The notes beneath the pieces were generated by a model. That model did not search any database. It worked only from the letters and a program-made list of their open reading frames with translations, and was not told the DNA's origin. Of a stretch of 64,000 bases of DNA, positions 11,143 through 23,960 are shown piece after piece. The translations under genes and the position numbers were made by a program. Source of the stretch: Octopus vulgaris (taxonomy: Eukaryota); contig OX597823.1 in the NCBI GenBank assembly GCA_951406725.2, forward strand, positions 85,126,001 to 85,190,000, written 5' to 3'. How positions within the stretch are numbered: position 1 is the stretch's first letter; each line of letters starts with the position of its first letter.

Positions 11143-11870
11143 GTTGGAATTTACAAAGAAGCATAAGAGGAAGACAGACGCTTAAACAACAAACAGGTGC
11201 ATTAGTTTAACGCTCGGGAAGTAAGTGTTTTTACGTTTCGAGCCTGCGCTCTTCAACAGAAATGAACACGAGAAAACAGAGAGAACTTAAAAAAGCTTTA
11301 GTGGCTAGCGGTCGTTTATGGCGATGGCTGGACAGAGGTAGTCAGATAGAAGAGCTAGGAAGAAGGGGAGATAATAAAATACTGGTGATCCCAAAATGTG
11401 TGTGTGGATTGGGTCTGGTGACCGTGACCTCTGCGTATATGCATGTGTAAGTGTGTGGATGATGTTGTGCATGCTGGGAAGTGGTCAGTGCTAGTGTGTG
11501 CGGGGTGCTGCTTTGTGGTGTGGTGGTTGCGAGTATGAGGGGATGTGAGGGTGGGGTGGGGTAGTATTGGGATGCATAGGGATGTTGGGGTTGGGATGTG
11601 TAGGGGTGGGGTGTGGATTGAGGGGTAACGAATATATATATATATATATGAATATATATATATGTATATATATATATATAGCATTGCGCACTCAGGAAGG
11701 TGGGTTTGCATGACAGTCTATATAGAGTGCATTTGCTTGTGTTAGACCGGTTGGCGCAAATTAAACTTGAATATGTGCACGTCTCTGTTAATGCGTGTGT
11801 TTCGAATGCATTCACCTATCACTATATCTCCTGATTGCACGAGTGTGTGCATAACGTATATTTCATTGCA
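11140..11870 (-). mobile_element. Penelope-like non-coding fragment with hammerhead-like motif (11229-11262)
   Basis: Minus strand reads uuu CUGUUGA a gagc gcag gcuc GAAA cg UA aaa; sits next to (TA)n. Confidence 0.5.
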
Positions 11871-11890
11871 TCAATGTATCGACCAACCAA

Positions 11891-12276
11891 GTCATCGAGC
11901 TGGCAGAAACGTTAGCACGCCGGGTGAAATGCTTAGCGGTATTTCGCATGCTGTTTCGTTCTGAGTTCAAATTCCGCCTTTCATCCTTTCGGAGTCGATA
12001 ACTTAAGTACCAGTTATTCACTGGGGTCGATCTAATCGACTTATTCCGTTTGTCTGTCCTTGTTTCTCCTCTCTGTGTTTAGTCCCTTGTGGGTAATAAA
12101 GAAATAGGTATTTCGTCTGTCTTTACGTTCTGAGTTCAAATTCCACCGAGTTCGACTTTGCATTTCATCCTTTCAGAGTCGATAAATTAAGTACCAGTTG
12201 CGTACTGGGGTCATTCTAATCGACTGGTCTTTTCCTCCAAAATTTCGGTCCCTGTACCTAGAGTAGAAATGAATGA
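11891..12276 (+). mobile_element. SINE-B dimer with 13-bp TSD
   Basis: Perfect TSD atcgaccaaccaa at 11878-11890 and 12277-12289; two body units joined by ...tgtgtttagtcccttgtgggtaataaagaaata|ggtatttcg. Confidence 0.9.
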
Positions 12277-12559
12277 ATCGACCAACCAATTGGATCGCTG
12301 GTTACATTGCGGCTGTTTGTATTGCTGAAGCTTTCGAATAGTGCCACAGTTGAATGGAATGGCTGTCCGTCGCAGATTTCACTACTTATAACTGCGTGGA
12401 GCGAGATAACTTGAAAGGAGCTGTTTTGTTGAAGAACACAACGCCGATCTGGGAATGGAATCCACAATCTTCGGATCATGAGTGCAACACCCAGTCACTA
12501 GGCCACGCGGCTACACACGTGCACACGTGTGCATACACACACAATCACAACCATGCACG

Positions 12560-12607
<48 letters not shown>

Positions 12608-12822
12608 AGGGAGTGCTGAAAAGTTCCTGGCTTTTAGGTTATCGCAAATGGTCTTGTTGGAGGCCCAAACCTCCGAGTTCTTTCATAGAGCTCAGAAAAA
12701 CTGAAGGGTTGCAGCAATAAGTGTGAGAATATGAGAGGGAAATATGTGGAATAAAGTCATAGTTAACGGATCCTGCTGTATTTTCGCTAACCCCAAACCA
12801 GAAACTTTTCAGTACACCCTCG
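12608..12822 (+). mobile_element. Mariner-derived MITE
   Basis: TIRs agggagtgctgaaaagttcctggctt / aaaccagaaacttttcagtacaccct; internal gagggaaatatgtggaataa resembles a transposase end (..YVE*). Confidence 0.75.
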
Positions 12823-13090
12823 AAATTACGTGCATACTTACATACATATATGCATGCATGCATACATAATACATATTTGCATGCATGCATACATACATAC
12901 ATACTAACGCATACATACATAGATTAACTGCTTGCTAGATAGATAAAGAGATATATAGATAGATAGGTAGACAAAGTGACTGAGATACAGAGAGATAGGC
13001 AGACAGACTGTTACACAATGCAATAGATAGGTAGATGGATATATATATATATGATAGATATATCGATATTATAGATACACATATATATAA

Positions 13091-13091
<1 letters not shown>

Positions 13092-13178
<87 letters not shown>
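13092..13178. repeat. (GATA)n microsatellite
   Basis: Directly visible. Confidence 0.95.
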
Positions 13179-13179
<1 letters not shown>

Positions 13180-13393
13180 CGTGTCTACGACCGTCCTCTT
13201 ATCTTCAGAAAATAAATGTTCCGTTTTCCTTAATTGCACGTCGAGTTTGGAGGAAACCTTGATCCTTGCTCACCGCTTCTCGAGTAGAGCTGGTCTTCAT
13301 TGGTATTTTGTAATTATAATATAACAGAATTAGTTTTAACAAAGAAAGAATTTATGTTTTATGGTATTTGACATATACGTACTTGTGATACTT

Positions 13394-15989
13394 TATACTG
13401 GCCACTATATTACAACTTTCTAAAAGTTAAGCTCCCCACCCCCATCTTGTTCCAATTAACACAAAGCAATCTATGCAAATTCTGTTGTGCCTGGGTAGAG
13501 TCATGTTTCATGTAATGGGAGTGGAGGAGCTGCAGTCACAGTCTCTAACAAAAGTTCAGTATCAAGGACTGGGAGTCTCTTGTTGTGTTGCCTTGTGGGG
13601 TACAATCGAACAGCTGCAAGGTGACCCTCATCGACCATGACATTTTGAAGTTTTCGCCCGGAAAGTAAATTTATCAGATAAAAAATTTTTTATCTCTTAT
13701 ACAATTTTCTCTTAGATTAAAAACTTGGTCAGACTGATTCTTGGTAATAGAAGTATAGGTGACAATAAAAATGGAGAAGGCAACTTGCAAAGTTGGGTAC
13801 AGAGCGCAGGTATAGGGCAAACACCTATTTTTCGCCGTCATCCAGTCGGCGGCCAGCCGTGAGCGAGTGAGGTTGTGAGTTGCGTTTGTCCGTTGGTAGA
13901 ACTGTACTGCACCTGATGGTAGTGTTGAGTATTAAAATATTAAGAAATATACGTTAGTGATAAACAGGAAACGAATATGACTTGTCTGCGTTTGTAAATA
14001 TAAGTTAATCTATTTGTATTAACTTGTAAGCACCCATTCATTTTGCTGTGACGCATTATGATATAGATCTTTTTTCTGTTGTGTTGGTAGCCCTGACAAA
14101 GATGTAATACCATGTTTTTATGATGCTATGTACTTTGTAAACTTATCATCAATGCATGAGAATAAAATTTAGAGAAGCGCGATACACAGAAATACAGCAC
14201 AACTTTAACCTATACAACTATCAAGAATTAGTGTTGCACTGGGTTGGAAAGCTGCTCCCAACACTCACAGGTATTGAAAAGGTTGACAGACTGGCAATAA
14301 TAGTGACTTTTCAAGGCAAGGAGCAATTGTTGGGAATCCCTGAAATTCCAACATCTTCAGGAGAACAGCAAGCCATGGCCGTTTACCAAGCAGTGGAGAA
14401 GTGGTGTATAACCTATAAAATTCACGCACTTTGCTGTGATACAGCAGAAAGCAACACAGGTCCAGTGAATAGTGCCAGAAGAAATCTAGAAAAGTTGTTC
14501 AATCGTGACCTGTTGTACTTCCCTTGCCGTTATCACAATTTTTAGTTAGTTTTTAGCTGTTTTCACTCACTGATGGGTGCAACTACTGGTCCAGACGTGG
14601 CGTGTTTGAAAATATTTGTGGTACCTCAACAAGACGGTTTACATAACTCCTAGCAATGAGGGGGCCTGATGATGTCTGTTCTACCATTCTTGGATTTCTT
14701 GAATACCACCTTCCTACTCAGAAACAACGGGAAAATAATTACCGAAAATTGTTGGTGTTAACGATGATCTTTCATGGCGGTATTTCAAAGAAGGGGATAT
14801 CGTTTCGTACATCAGGAGCTGTAAATCATGCGAGGTGGAATTCAAAAGCAATTTACGCATTCAATATATACCTGTTTCAAGATCAATTTCAGTTATCTCC
14901 TGGGGAGAAGAACTCTTTAAGAAGAATATGAGTTTTTCTTACTCAAGTGTATATTAAAATCTAGTTTCTGGCATCAAATGTATTCAAAGCACCTCATCAT
15001 GATTTCCTATCCATGTGTCAACTGATAAACCATCAGAATATTGATCCGGAAATTAGTAAGGCTGTTGCGAAAATAAACTGGCTCATATTTGATAACAATG
15101 TCCCAACAGCGGTGAAGGCAAATATTGCTGAAGTTTTGCTGGGAGCAGACAAAGGCGAAGAAGTGGAAGAAGAAAAACAATAAACTGAAGAGGTACATTC
15201 TGCCCCCAAATGTCTTTTCTTCCTTTACAAACATCAGGTTTTCGTCTTTTGTAACTCCTGGTACAAAAACTTTCTTCACGAGATTTTCTATCAGCAACGA
15301 TTTCCTCGACAAAGACTCTCCAACATGAAAGGCGGATCCTAGTTACAAAAGTGGACTTGAAAAACTTGAGAAGACAGTTTGTCAATGATCTTGCAGAAAG
15401 AAATGTCAAACTCATTCAGGATTACAATAACATCCTCACAAAAGTTGAAACTGAGAAACAATTTGTTTTACAGATCGTTACCGAAAAGCGTAAACATACC
15501 CAGTTGCCATTAAAACCAGTCTTATGCAAAAAAAATGCCCAATATTTAGTGTTCAGTGTTCATATCACGTTTTTGCTTCTATAAAAAAATATTGTAGTAA
15601 ATAAAAATACGTTTCTGTTATAGGAGTTTTGTGCTTTATTAAGAAAATCTAAGATTTCTCAAGTTTTTCCATAGGTTTCATGAATTTTTCAAATTAGCTA
15701 TCTGTAAATTTGATTCAGAACGTTTTCAAACATCTGTTGGGGTTGCTTGGATGTGTCAATATAAATTTCTCTAAAAAGAAAAACAGAAAATAGCAAAGAA
15801 AGGGAACAGTAGACCACTTTTGAAAAGAATTAATCTTTGCGTATACTATTATCCAATTTCAAGGAATTTGAGGGTCGCCATGCTGCAATATTGCACACCC
15901 CGTTATTTTGTTTATAGGAAGAGGATTAAGGAGTGGGAGCAGCAAAATTGTAAATTTCGAAAAATTACCTATTGCTAAGGGCCACTCGA
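13394..15989 (+). mobile_element. Decayed hAT-superfamily (hATm-like) DNA transposon
   Basis: Transposase remnants inside. Candidate imperfect TIRs tatactggccacta / taagggccactcga, flanked by near-identical 8-mers tgatactt (13386-13393) and ttatacat (15990-15997). Boundaries are tentative. Confidence 0.6.
14156..15510 (+). pseudogene. Disrupted DDE transposase (hAT-like)
   Basis: Motifs LHW(D>V)GKLL..KVDRLAIIV, CCDTAESNTG, PCRYH (CxxH), GAVNHARW.SKAIY and VNDLAERNVKLIQDYN are spread across several frames with stops. Confidence 0.8.
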
Positions 15990-16077
15990 TTATACATGCT
16001 ATACATGCATACATACATGCATGTATACATACGTTCGCACGAACGTACATACATACATGCGTGCATATGTATACATG

Positions 16078-17019
16078 TTAGTTAGTTAGTTAATTTTTTG
16101 GCTCAGAAAGCAAAAAGCAAGGTCATGTAGGGGGACATGGAGTTATGTACAGGGTGGTGTTCATGTAAAGAGTTCAGGCCACTTGTGGTCAAGGGAGACT
16201 TTGAACCGAGTGGTCGTCGGCATCTTCATTATCTCGTCCAGCAGCTTATTCCACGGATCCGCAACTCGGACGGAGAAAGCCCCTCTCCTTCGATTGAGAT
16301 GAAATCGTCGCAGATAGAGCTTTTTGGAGTGACCCCGCAGCCGACGCTCTGGAACAGGAGTGAAAAACAGCTCTTTCGAGAGGTTACACTTTCCGCTTAT
16401 GATGTTGTGAGCAAGAATGAGATCACCACGGCGTCGTCGTTTTTCTAGAGAATAAAGGTCGAGCGTCTTCAGCCTTTCTTCATAAGACAAATGCTTGAGA
16501 CCAAGAACCATGCGGATAGCCAGCTCCTGGACTCTTTCGAGATGATGTATGTCTTTGAGGAGATAAAAAGAAGAGGTTTGAATCCCGTACTCCAATATGG
16601 GTCTCACCAGCGTGACATAGAGCGGTAGGAATATGGCTGCTGCGAGCATTCCGAATGACCGTCGAATCAAAAACAGAACTCCGCGTGCTTTGTTGGCAGC
16701 ATGGACGCACTGGGCCGAAGGTGAAAAGGAAGAATCCACCAAGATACCCAGGTCCTTTACCTGGTTGGTCCTCTCCAGCAGCAGACGACCCGGCTCGAAA
16801 TCAAGTTGAGTTGCAGGAGAAGAGCCAACAGGCAGATCACAGCACTTTGACACGTTCAGACACAGGTCCCATTCGTTAGACCATCTCCAAATTTAGTGGA
16901 GGCATCGACGAAGATCCTCTGTATCACCGCGAGGAGCGACCAGTTTGACATCATCGGCAAATAGAAGGGTGTGTTGCGTGAGGTCGTCGGGCAAGTCATT
17001 TATGAAGACTAAGAACAAT
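16078..17019 (-). mobile_element. 5'-truncated CR1-clade LINE
   Basis: RT C-terminus FADDVKL..KDLGILVD..LVRPILEY..LERVQ..LSYEERL..RRRGDLI..RGHS.KL..FSVRV..WNKL; (TAAC)n 3' tail; high identity to the 50054 copy. Confidence 0.9.
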
Positions 17020-17026
17020 GTATATA

Positions 17027-18319
17027 TTGGGTCATCCCATAAGTAATCTACTTTTAAGATTAAGATAAACAACGTTCTCTTTTAATCTCAAAAAAATACT
17101 TTCTTTCATTTTCTGCAATGCTCTTCCATCTGTCTGGTAGACCTGCAAAGCCCCTCTTCTAAAATTCACTTGTCCGTGACGAAAAATCCACCTCCAGTAC
17201 TGTTCTGACCTCGTCTACAGAATTCATATATTTTTTCCGTCCAAATGATTTTGAAGACTGCGAAATAAATTATAATCAGGTGGGGCAGTATCCGGCGAAT
17301 ATGATGGATGGGGCATCGTTTCCCATTCAAAATGCTCCAGCCATTGGAATGTCAACCTCGCTGTGTGTGGCCGAGCATGATTCTGATGGAAGAACCCTTT
17401 TTGTCTTGGAACCAAAGAGCCGCTTTTCTTCTAGCGTTGACTTAAGCCGCTCAAGCTGCTCGCAGTAGGTCTTCTTTTTTATCGTTTGTTTTGGGTTTAA
17501 AAGTTCAAAATGACTAAACCTTTCATTTCCCACCAAACAAATAGCAACACCTTAAGTAGATGAAGACCTACTTTAGCCTGGGGTGCCGGTCCTTCTCCTT
17601 ATCTTACCCACTGTCTTCGGCGCTGGATATTTTTATAGAGAACCCATTTCTCGTCACCAGTCACTATTTAGTTCAAATAAATAAGTAAATAAACAAATGA
17701 ATACATAAATAAATATATAAATAAATAAAATAGTTCATTGGTGAGACGCAACAGCAAACAAGAGCATACATTCACTCTCTGTGCGCGAGTAGAATTGGAA
17801 AGTTTGTGAGGTTTCCATTGATCGAATTTGCTGATTTTCCGATGGAATGGAACGCATGTGTCAATGAATGGTTGAATGACCAAATCTAAGCTTCTCTGTT
17901 AATCCCTAATAACTACAACTAAATCTTGTTCCACCAGGGTTTGCAGTCTTCGTCGATCTCTACAGATCTTCCAGGCTGTAGCTTCCGTCTGTCTTCTAGG
18001 CTGTAGCTTCCGGCTCGGAATTTCAGGAACCATCTTTGATACAGGCTTACGCATAATGTCCGAGCCCTACATACTTAATATACCTCGCACTTTCCGTTGC
18101 GTTGTTGCTTTTATTGAACTCACAGCAAAATATTCCTAATATTCTCCTTTGTCACTTTCAATATAACTTTGAAATAAATAACTGTTAAAATCAAACTTCA
18201 CTCTTCAAAACTTGCACTACCTGCTTTTAGAGGAAGTTGATGCAAGTAGTTTATCCCATCACCCTCCGAATTTTAGTTTATGTAATTAGAAAACCCGCAT
18301 TATTTAGGGAATGATCCAA
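17027..18319 (-). mobile_element. Full-length decayed mariner (Tc1/mariner) transposon
   Basis: TIRs ttgggtcatcccataagtaat / attatttagggaatgatccaa flanked by TA; motifs WKPHKL, VTGDEKWVLY, HQNHARPH and HPSYSPDTAPPDYNLF; about 1.3 kb. Confidence 0.9.
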
Positions 18320-18359
18320 TATATATTCAATATTTTAGGTGTTTTAGTAATTTGATTAT

Positions 18360-18654
18360 GGCTAGGTTGGGGCCTCGTCTTGAAGGTTTTTGTCGAATGG
18401 AGAGGAGTTTTTTTAAAGACTGTTTTTTTTTCTATGGGTTCTTTTGCTGAAGTTCTAGGTTACGGAGACATAAGAGTACCACCACCGGTTCTCAAGCGGT
18501 GGTGGTGAAACACAGACAGACACACACGCACACACACATATATAAACGATTGGCGTTTTTAGTTTCCAACTACCAAGGTGGAGCGCAGAGGTCTGATCCC
18601 GGAACCATATAGTTGGAAAGCAAGATGCTTACCACACGCCCAAGCCCGCACCTC
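18360..18654 (-). mobile_element. SINE-A, internally deleted
   Basis: ctgatcccggaaccatatagttggaaagcaagatgcttaccacac is the reverse complement of the SINE-A head. Confidence 0.75.
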
Positions 18655-18659
18655 TATAT

Positions 18660-18714
<55 letters not shown>

Positions 18715-18719
18715 GATAT

Positions 18720-19115
18720 AACAAAGGGAAATTGTAAGGTACCGCACTAGTGGAAATATATATGAAAGGTTTGAAAATGCAATTTTAAAGAAGTTTATTC
18801 ACTTGACCGGATTCACTTTTTTAGAAAAAGTTTGTCAAAAGTAAAATGTAAAGCTTTGTATAAGCTTTGTTGTGTTAAGTTCTGGTTGTCACAAAAGTAT
18901 TAAAATACAGATATACACACTTTGATAATAATAAGAAAATGTTAAACACAGTTTACAAGAAAGTATTTAAGAAAATATCCGACAAATAGTATTAGCAGTT
19001 CAATAAAAATCATGTTTGTTTGGTAGTATGTATATACACAAAAGGAGATATATTTAAGAGTTTACAAAGAATTTTAGAGGAACCAGCCTGTCTTCACTAG
19101 CATTTTTTATTTTGT
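18720..19115 (-). mobile_element. Penelope-like fragment with mutated U3-A8 hammerhead (18801-18842)
   Basis: Minus strand reads acuu UUGACAA acuuuuu cua aaaaagu GAAU ccgg UC aagu: stems I and II and the palindromic stem III are intact, A15.1 reads U. Confidence 0.55.
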
Positions 19116-19164
19116 ATGTAGTTAAGGATTGTTTGCTATTTTAAGGGACAGTGTGGGATGTTGG

Positions 19165-19595
19165 TTGCGCAAGAGTGGCTGAGTGGGAAGTAGCTTACTT
19201 ACCAACCACAAGGCTTCTGGTTCAGCCCAACTGCATGGCACCTTGGACAAGTGTCTTCTACTATAGACTCGAGCCGACCAAAGCCTTGGGAGTGGATTTG
19301 GTAGATGGAAACTGAAAGAAACCCGCCGTATAAACATAAACACGCACACGCCGACACACACATAAATATATACATGAAAATTTTGGTATATGTTTATGTG
19401 TCTGTGTTTGTCCACCGAACATCTCTTGACTACCGATGATCATATGTTTACGTCCCCATAACTTTGCTGTTCGGTAAAAAAAACTATAAGTACTAGGCTT
19501 ATAATGAATACAAATCTGGGGTCGATTTGCCCTACTAAAGTCGGTACTCCAGCATGGCCGCATTCAAATGACTAAAACAAAACAAAAAGAATAGA
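19165..19595 (+). mobile_element. SINE-A full length
   Basis: Head, internal CA/TA tract and ccagcatggccgcattcaaatgactaaaac tail. Confidence 0.85.
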
Positions 19596-19647
19596 AAAAA
19601 TATATATATCACATATATAAATATATATGTATGTATCTGCCAATCTG

Positions 19648-19699
<52 letters not shown>

Positions 19700-20842
19700 G
19701 GCGTGTGGCCCAGCGGTCGCGGTGTTGCACTCACGATCAGAGGATTGTGGTTTCGATTTCCAATCTTTTAGAATATGAGAACATTATGTAAGCAAGCGCC
19801 ATGATGGTTGTGAGGACAGCTTAGAAAACGTTTTATATGTCCTTTCGATTCTTACGGATTATATTTGAGATTATTATTTCTATTACAGATTATTATTCAT
19901 TGAAAATACATGGTAAAGTTAGATCCAGGGAGAATTAAATCTGAGAGTAAGTTTTAAGTGAATCGTTTTTAATATTTTAATATCTTGTAAATATTAAAAT
20001 AACAGAATCTTATTCACATTCATGCTGGAGCAGAACCCCTAAGAAATTTTAGCGGAATATTGAATGTTACAAAACTGTTTATCTGGATACGGCCATACCA
20101 AATGAAATTGAATATTTTATGGTAGGTTTCGATAATGACGGTGATAATTATGTATGAGGATCTAAACTTTATCATGGCCCTGTTTTCTGCAGAATAGAGG
20201 TCTGGAACCCAGACAACTGAAGAACGCTATCAAGGAAAAGGCATGGTAGCTGATACTAGCTCAAGATGGCTATGGTTGATAAGAAACAGTAAGTGGAACC
20301 CTTCCGTAGGTGAAGATTAGCTCAGTCTTCGCTGTGCCACTCAGGTGAAAAGGACAGACTAAGGGAGGAGACGTTTGTGACACTGGTCACAAACCTGCTG
20401 ACGATACTGAACAGTTTCCTCCTTTGCAATAGATTTAAAGGGCATGGAAAACCTCTGAGCAACTTCTGTGACTGCTGTCAGAGGCAAATAATCTCTGATG
20501 TTTATTTCACTTAGATTTTGTAGTTATTCAAAGTGGAAAATAAGTGTGAATTGTTCCTTCAAGAAAATTTATTTTGTTTTGTTCTATACCCGTTTGGCAG
20601 ACATTCATGCAACCCTTTCCCGCTGCTTAAGAATTACCAGTTATTCTTATTTATGCCGCACGCCATGGAATGCAGAGTAATCCGCGCAGTTTACTACCCA
20701 CAGCTTTGATACATGCGTTCATGTGATTGATATTGTCGACAAAATGCCTTGGGCTATTTTTTTCCATAAGATTAATTGCAGCCGTTGTCCACTTTGTTAT
20801 TTCGATCATTGAACAACACGATGAAAAAATAAATTACGTAAA

Positions 20843-21203
20843 CAGGCACAGGCGTGGCTGTATGGTAAGGAGTTTGCTTCCCAAACATATGGTTTTAGGT
20901 TCAGTCCCACTACATGGTACCTTGAGTAAATGTCTTCTATTATAGCTTCGTACTGACCAAAGCCCTGCGAGTGGGTGTGTTAGAGGGGAAAGTGTGTGTA
21001 TGTATCTATGTGTGAGTGTGTGTGTGACCCCACTCCTATCACCGCTAGACAACCGGCGTTGATTTATTTTCGTCTCAGTAACTTAGCGGGGAACAAGTGC
21101 TAGGCTTTAAAAATTAAATTCTGGGGTCAATTTGTTTGACTAAAATCCCATCAAGGCGGTGTTACAGCATGGCCGCAGTCAAATGACTGAAACAAATAAG
21201 AGA
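20843..21203 (+). mobile_element. SINE-A full length
   Basis: ggcacaggcgtggctgtatggtaaggagtttgcttcccaaacatatggttttaggttcagtcccac head and the standard tail. Confidence 0.85.
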
Positions 21204-21239
21204 ATAAAGGAACAAACAATAAATATATCATATGTATAT

Positions 21240-21623
21240 ATGTGCAGATTTTGCTGTGTGGTAAGAAGCTTGCTTCCCAGCAACATGGTTCCAGGTTCAG
21301 ACCCACTGCGTGGCACCTTGGGCAGGTGTCTCCTACTATAGCCTCGGGCCGATCAAAACATTGTGAGTAGATGTAGTAGACGGAGCCTGAAAGAAGCCCG
21401 TCGTATACATATATATATAGAGAGAGTGTTAATCCAAACATGAACAAAGAGAGAACACAACCACGCGAGGACGTGGAACACGTATAGGGTTATTGGACGC
21501 TCAGGGAAGGACAGAAAGAAGGAGGATTTAGCGTTTCGAGCGGATCTCTTGGTCAGGAAAATAGAAAATGGAAAGGGTCAAGCAAGGGAAGACGGAGAAA
21601 GGAAATCGCCAACGATACACACG

Positions 21624-21693
<70 letters not shown>

Positions 21694-21897
21694 AACACAC
21701 ACATATATATATAAATGTATGTATGTATTTGTGTGTCCCTCCACCAATGCTTGACGACCGATGTTGGTTTGTTTACATCCACGTAACTTAGCGGTTCGGC
21801 AAAACAGACCGATAGAATAAGGACTCGGCTTACAAAGAATAAATCCTTGGGGCGATTTGTTGGACTAAAAGTGGTACTCCAGCGGGCCTGAAACAAA
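21240..21897 (+). mobile_element. SINE-A with a PLE-like fragment (about 21425-21630) nested in its internal microsatellite
   Basis: SINE 5' half ends gaaagaagcccgtcgtata and the 3' half resumes near 21720. The insert carries a degenerate hammerhead core on the minus strand (cugaccaagagauccgcucGAAAcg). Confidence 0.75.
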
Positions 21898-22766
21898 ATA
21901 CGTATTTAAGTAGATATATAGAAGACGCTCAGACACGCTAACACACGTATATGAGTACGTGCCTATATACTGCAGAAACGCTTATAAGAAAGACTTCTCT
22001 AATTCGATAGCGTATATATTCCATTTTGCCCCAGGATGGGAGTCGGTCTTACCCTGGATTAATCATTTTTAACAGCTGAGCTGACATGGAGCAACTTGAA
22101 ATAAAATGTCTTGCATAAGAACACGAATCATAGCCTGGTTAAAATTGAACTCAAAATAAAATTGTTGCCAGGTTTATTTATTATATGCGCTGTCAGGTGC
22201 ACACTCACACATATGTGAAGAATATCTGTGTGGGTGTATGTGTGTGTTTGTATATGTGTGCGTGGGTATATACACTTTTATTTATACAAACCTTTTCACA
22301 CGTGTGTGCGTTAAGTTGATATATACGCATGAGCATACGTAAGTATGAACGAGTATATAATACATATACAAGCATATATTACATATATATACATATATAA
22401 ACACACGCACACACATTTATATATACTTATACATTCCAAATAGACCCATATATGGAAACAGACACATAGAAAGGAACCATCTCTCACTCACACATACATA
22501 TATTAGTACATGTTTTACTGACTCTTTGTCCGTATATGCGTGTATCTAAGCGTGCAAACGCACCCACGTGTATGAGGCGTGCGTGCACATGTGTGGGTAT
22601 GCGTGTGCCTCTGCGTGTGTGTGTATTACATGTTTATGCATACATGTGTGTCCGTATGTATTCCAAGAGTATGTATGTGTGTGAACCTGCATGAATATGT
22701 ATGCAAGAAATGAAAGATAGAAAAGTGATTTAAATTTACTGCAGGCATGATAAATAAATAAATATG

Positions 22767-22824
<58 letters not shown>

Positions 22825-23754
22825 TATACATATATATGTATGTATGTAGAAAACGCTGCTGGCATTTCTTATTTCTTACTCACATGAGAGATAAATAGCA
22901 TGGATATTTGAACTCATCATAGGCAATATATAGCCTAAGGTATTGTGAAGCCATCTAATGCAACAAACTAAAGGAATATTCTCGAATTTATTTGTGCCCT
23001 ATTGAAGAAATAATCGAGACAAGCTGAAAGAACGGAAATCCATTCTACACTTCATGTTTACATCCTGCGTTGTTATGAAACCTTTGTCCTTGTTTTGTAA
23101 TTCGTTTTGAAGAGATTTCCATTTTGTAATAAAGATAAATACAAATATATGAATGAATAAATCCAGGAAAACAAATAATATATATAATCCAAAGCTGATA
23201 TACGATTTAAATCCTTCTAAATTCTTAACAGTCTTGATATTCATGTGAAAAACACGGGTGTGTATTATCATTCATTATTATTGTTTTGTTGCTTTGTGAT
23301 TTAGTTGTTGTTATATTCATATTCCTTACAAGAATTTTATATGTTATTTCAGTTTTTGTTGTTGTTATTTTGTATTATGTGTGATTATATTTTTATTAAG
23401 CTGTCATAATGAATAATATTTTGCATCAAGATTTAAGTCAGCGAAACAATACGATGTGATATTTCTTACGCGTGTTTAATTATGAAAATACTGTTTATTG
23501 TATAAGGCGAATATCTCATGATCCAGTGGGTTGTTATGGTCATTGGGTTTTATTAAATGAATTGTTGCCGTGTCCTAGAAATTTTCTCCAAATGGCACCA
23601 GTAGCAAGAGTTGGGTTTAACATTGCCGATTTAACGAAGCACAGAATCATCGAAACACTCCTTATTGTAAATCACTTCCACTGTTAAACGGAGCGAGCTA
23701 TCTGTGTATAATAGCGCCTGTTCGGATAACCCTTTTGTTATTCACAGTGCGTAA

Positions 23755-23960
23755 AACTTTAGCTGGCAACGTCGTTAGCGCCGTCCAACAAAATACTTAG
23801 CTGTGTGTCTTCCGGCTCTTTATGTTCTTGCATTCAAATGCAGCTGAGGTCAGCTTTGCCTTTCATTCATTCGAGGTCGATGAAATAAAGTACCATTTAG
23901 GGGCCATGCATTCTATTAACACTCCTGTTCTAAAATTGCCGACCTTATCCCAAAATATGA
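23755..23960 (+). mobile_element. Decayed SINE-B
   Basis: agctggca..cgttagcg...ctttgcctttcattcattcgaggtcgatgaaataagtacc. Confidence 0.7.

Noticed and set aside
16137-16448. Plus-strand ORFs conserved between 16137 and 50114
   Set aside because: Antisense shadows of the two CR1 copies; conservation reflects shared TE origin.
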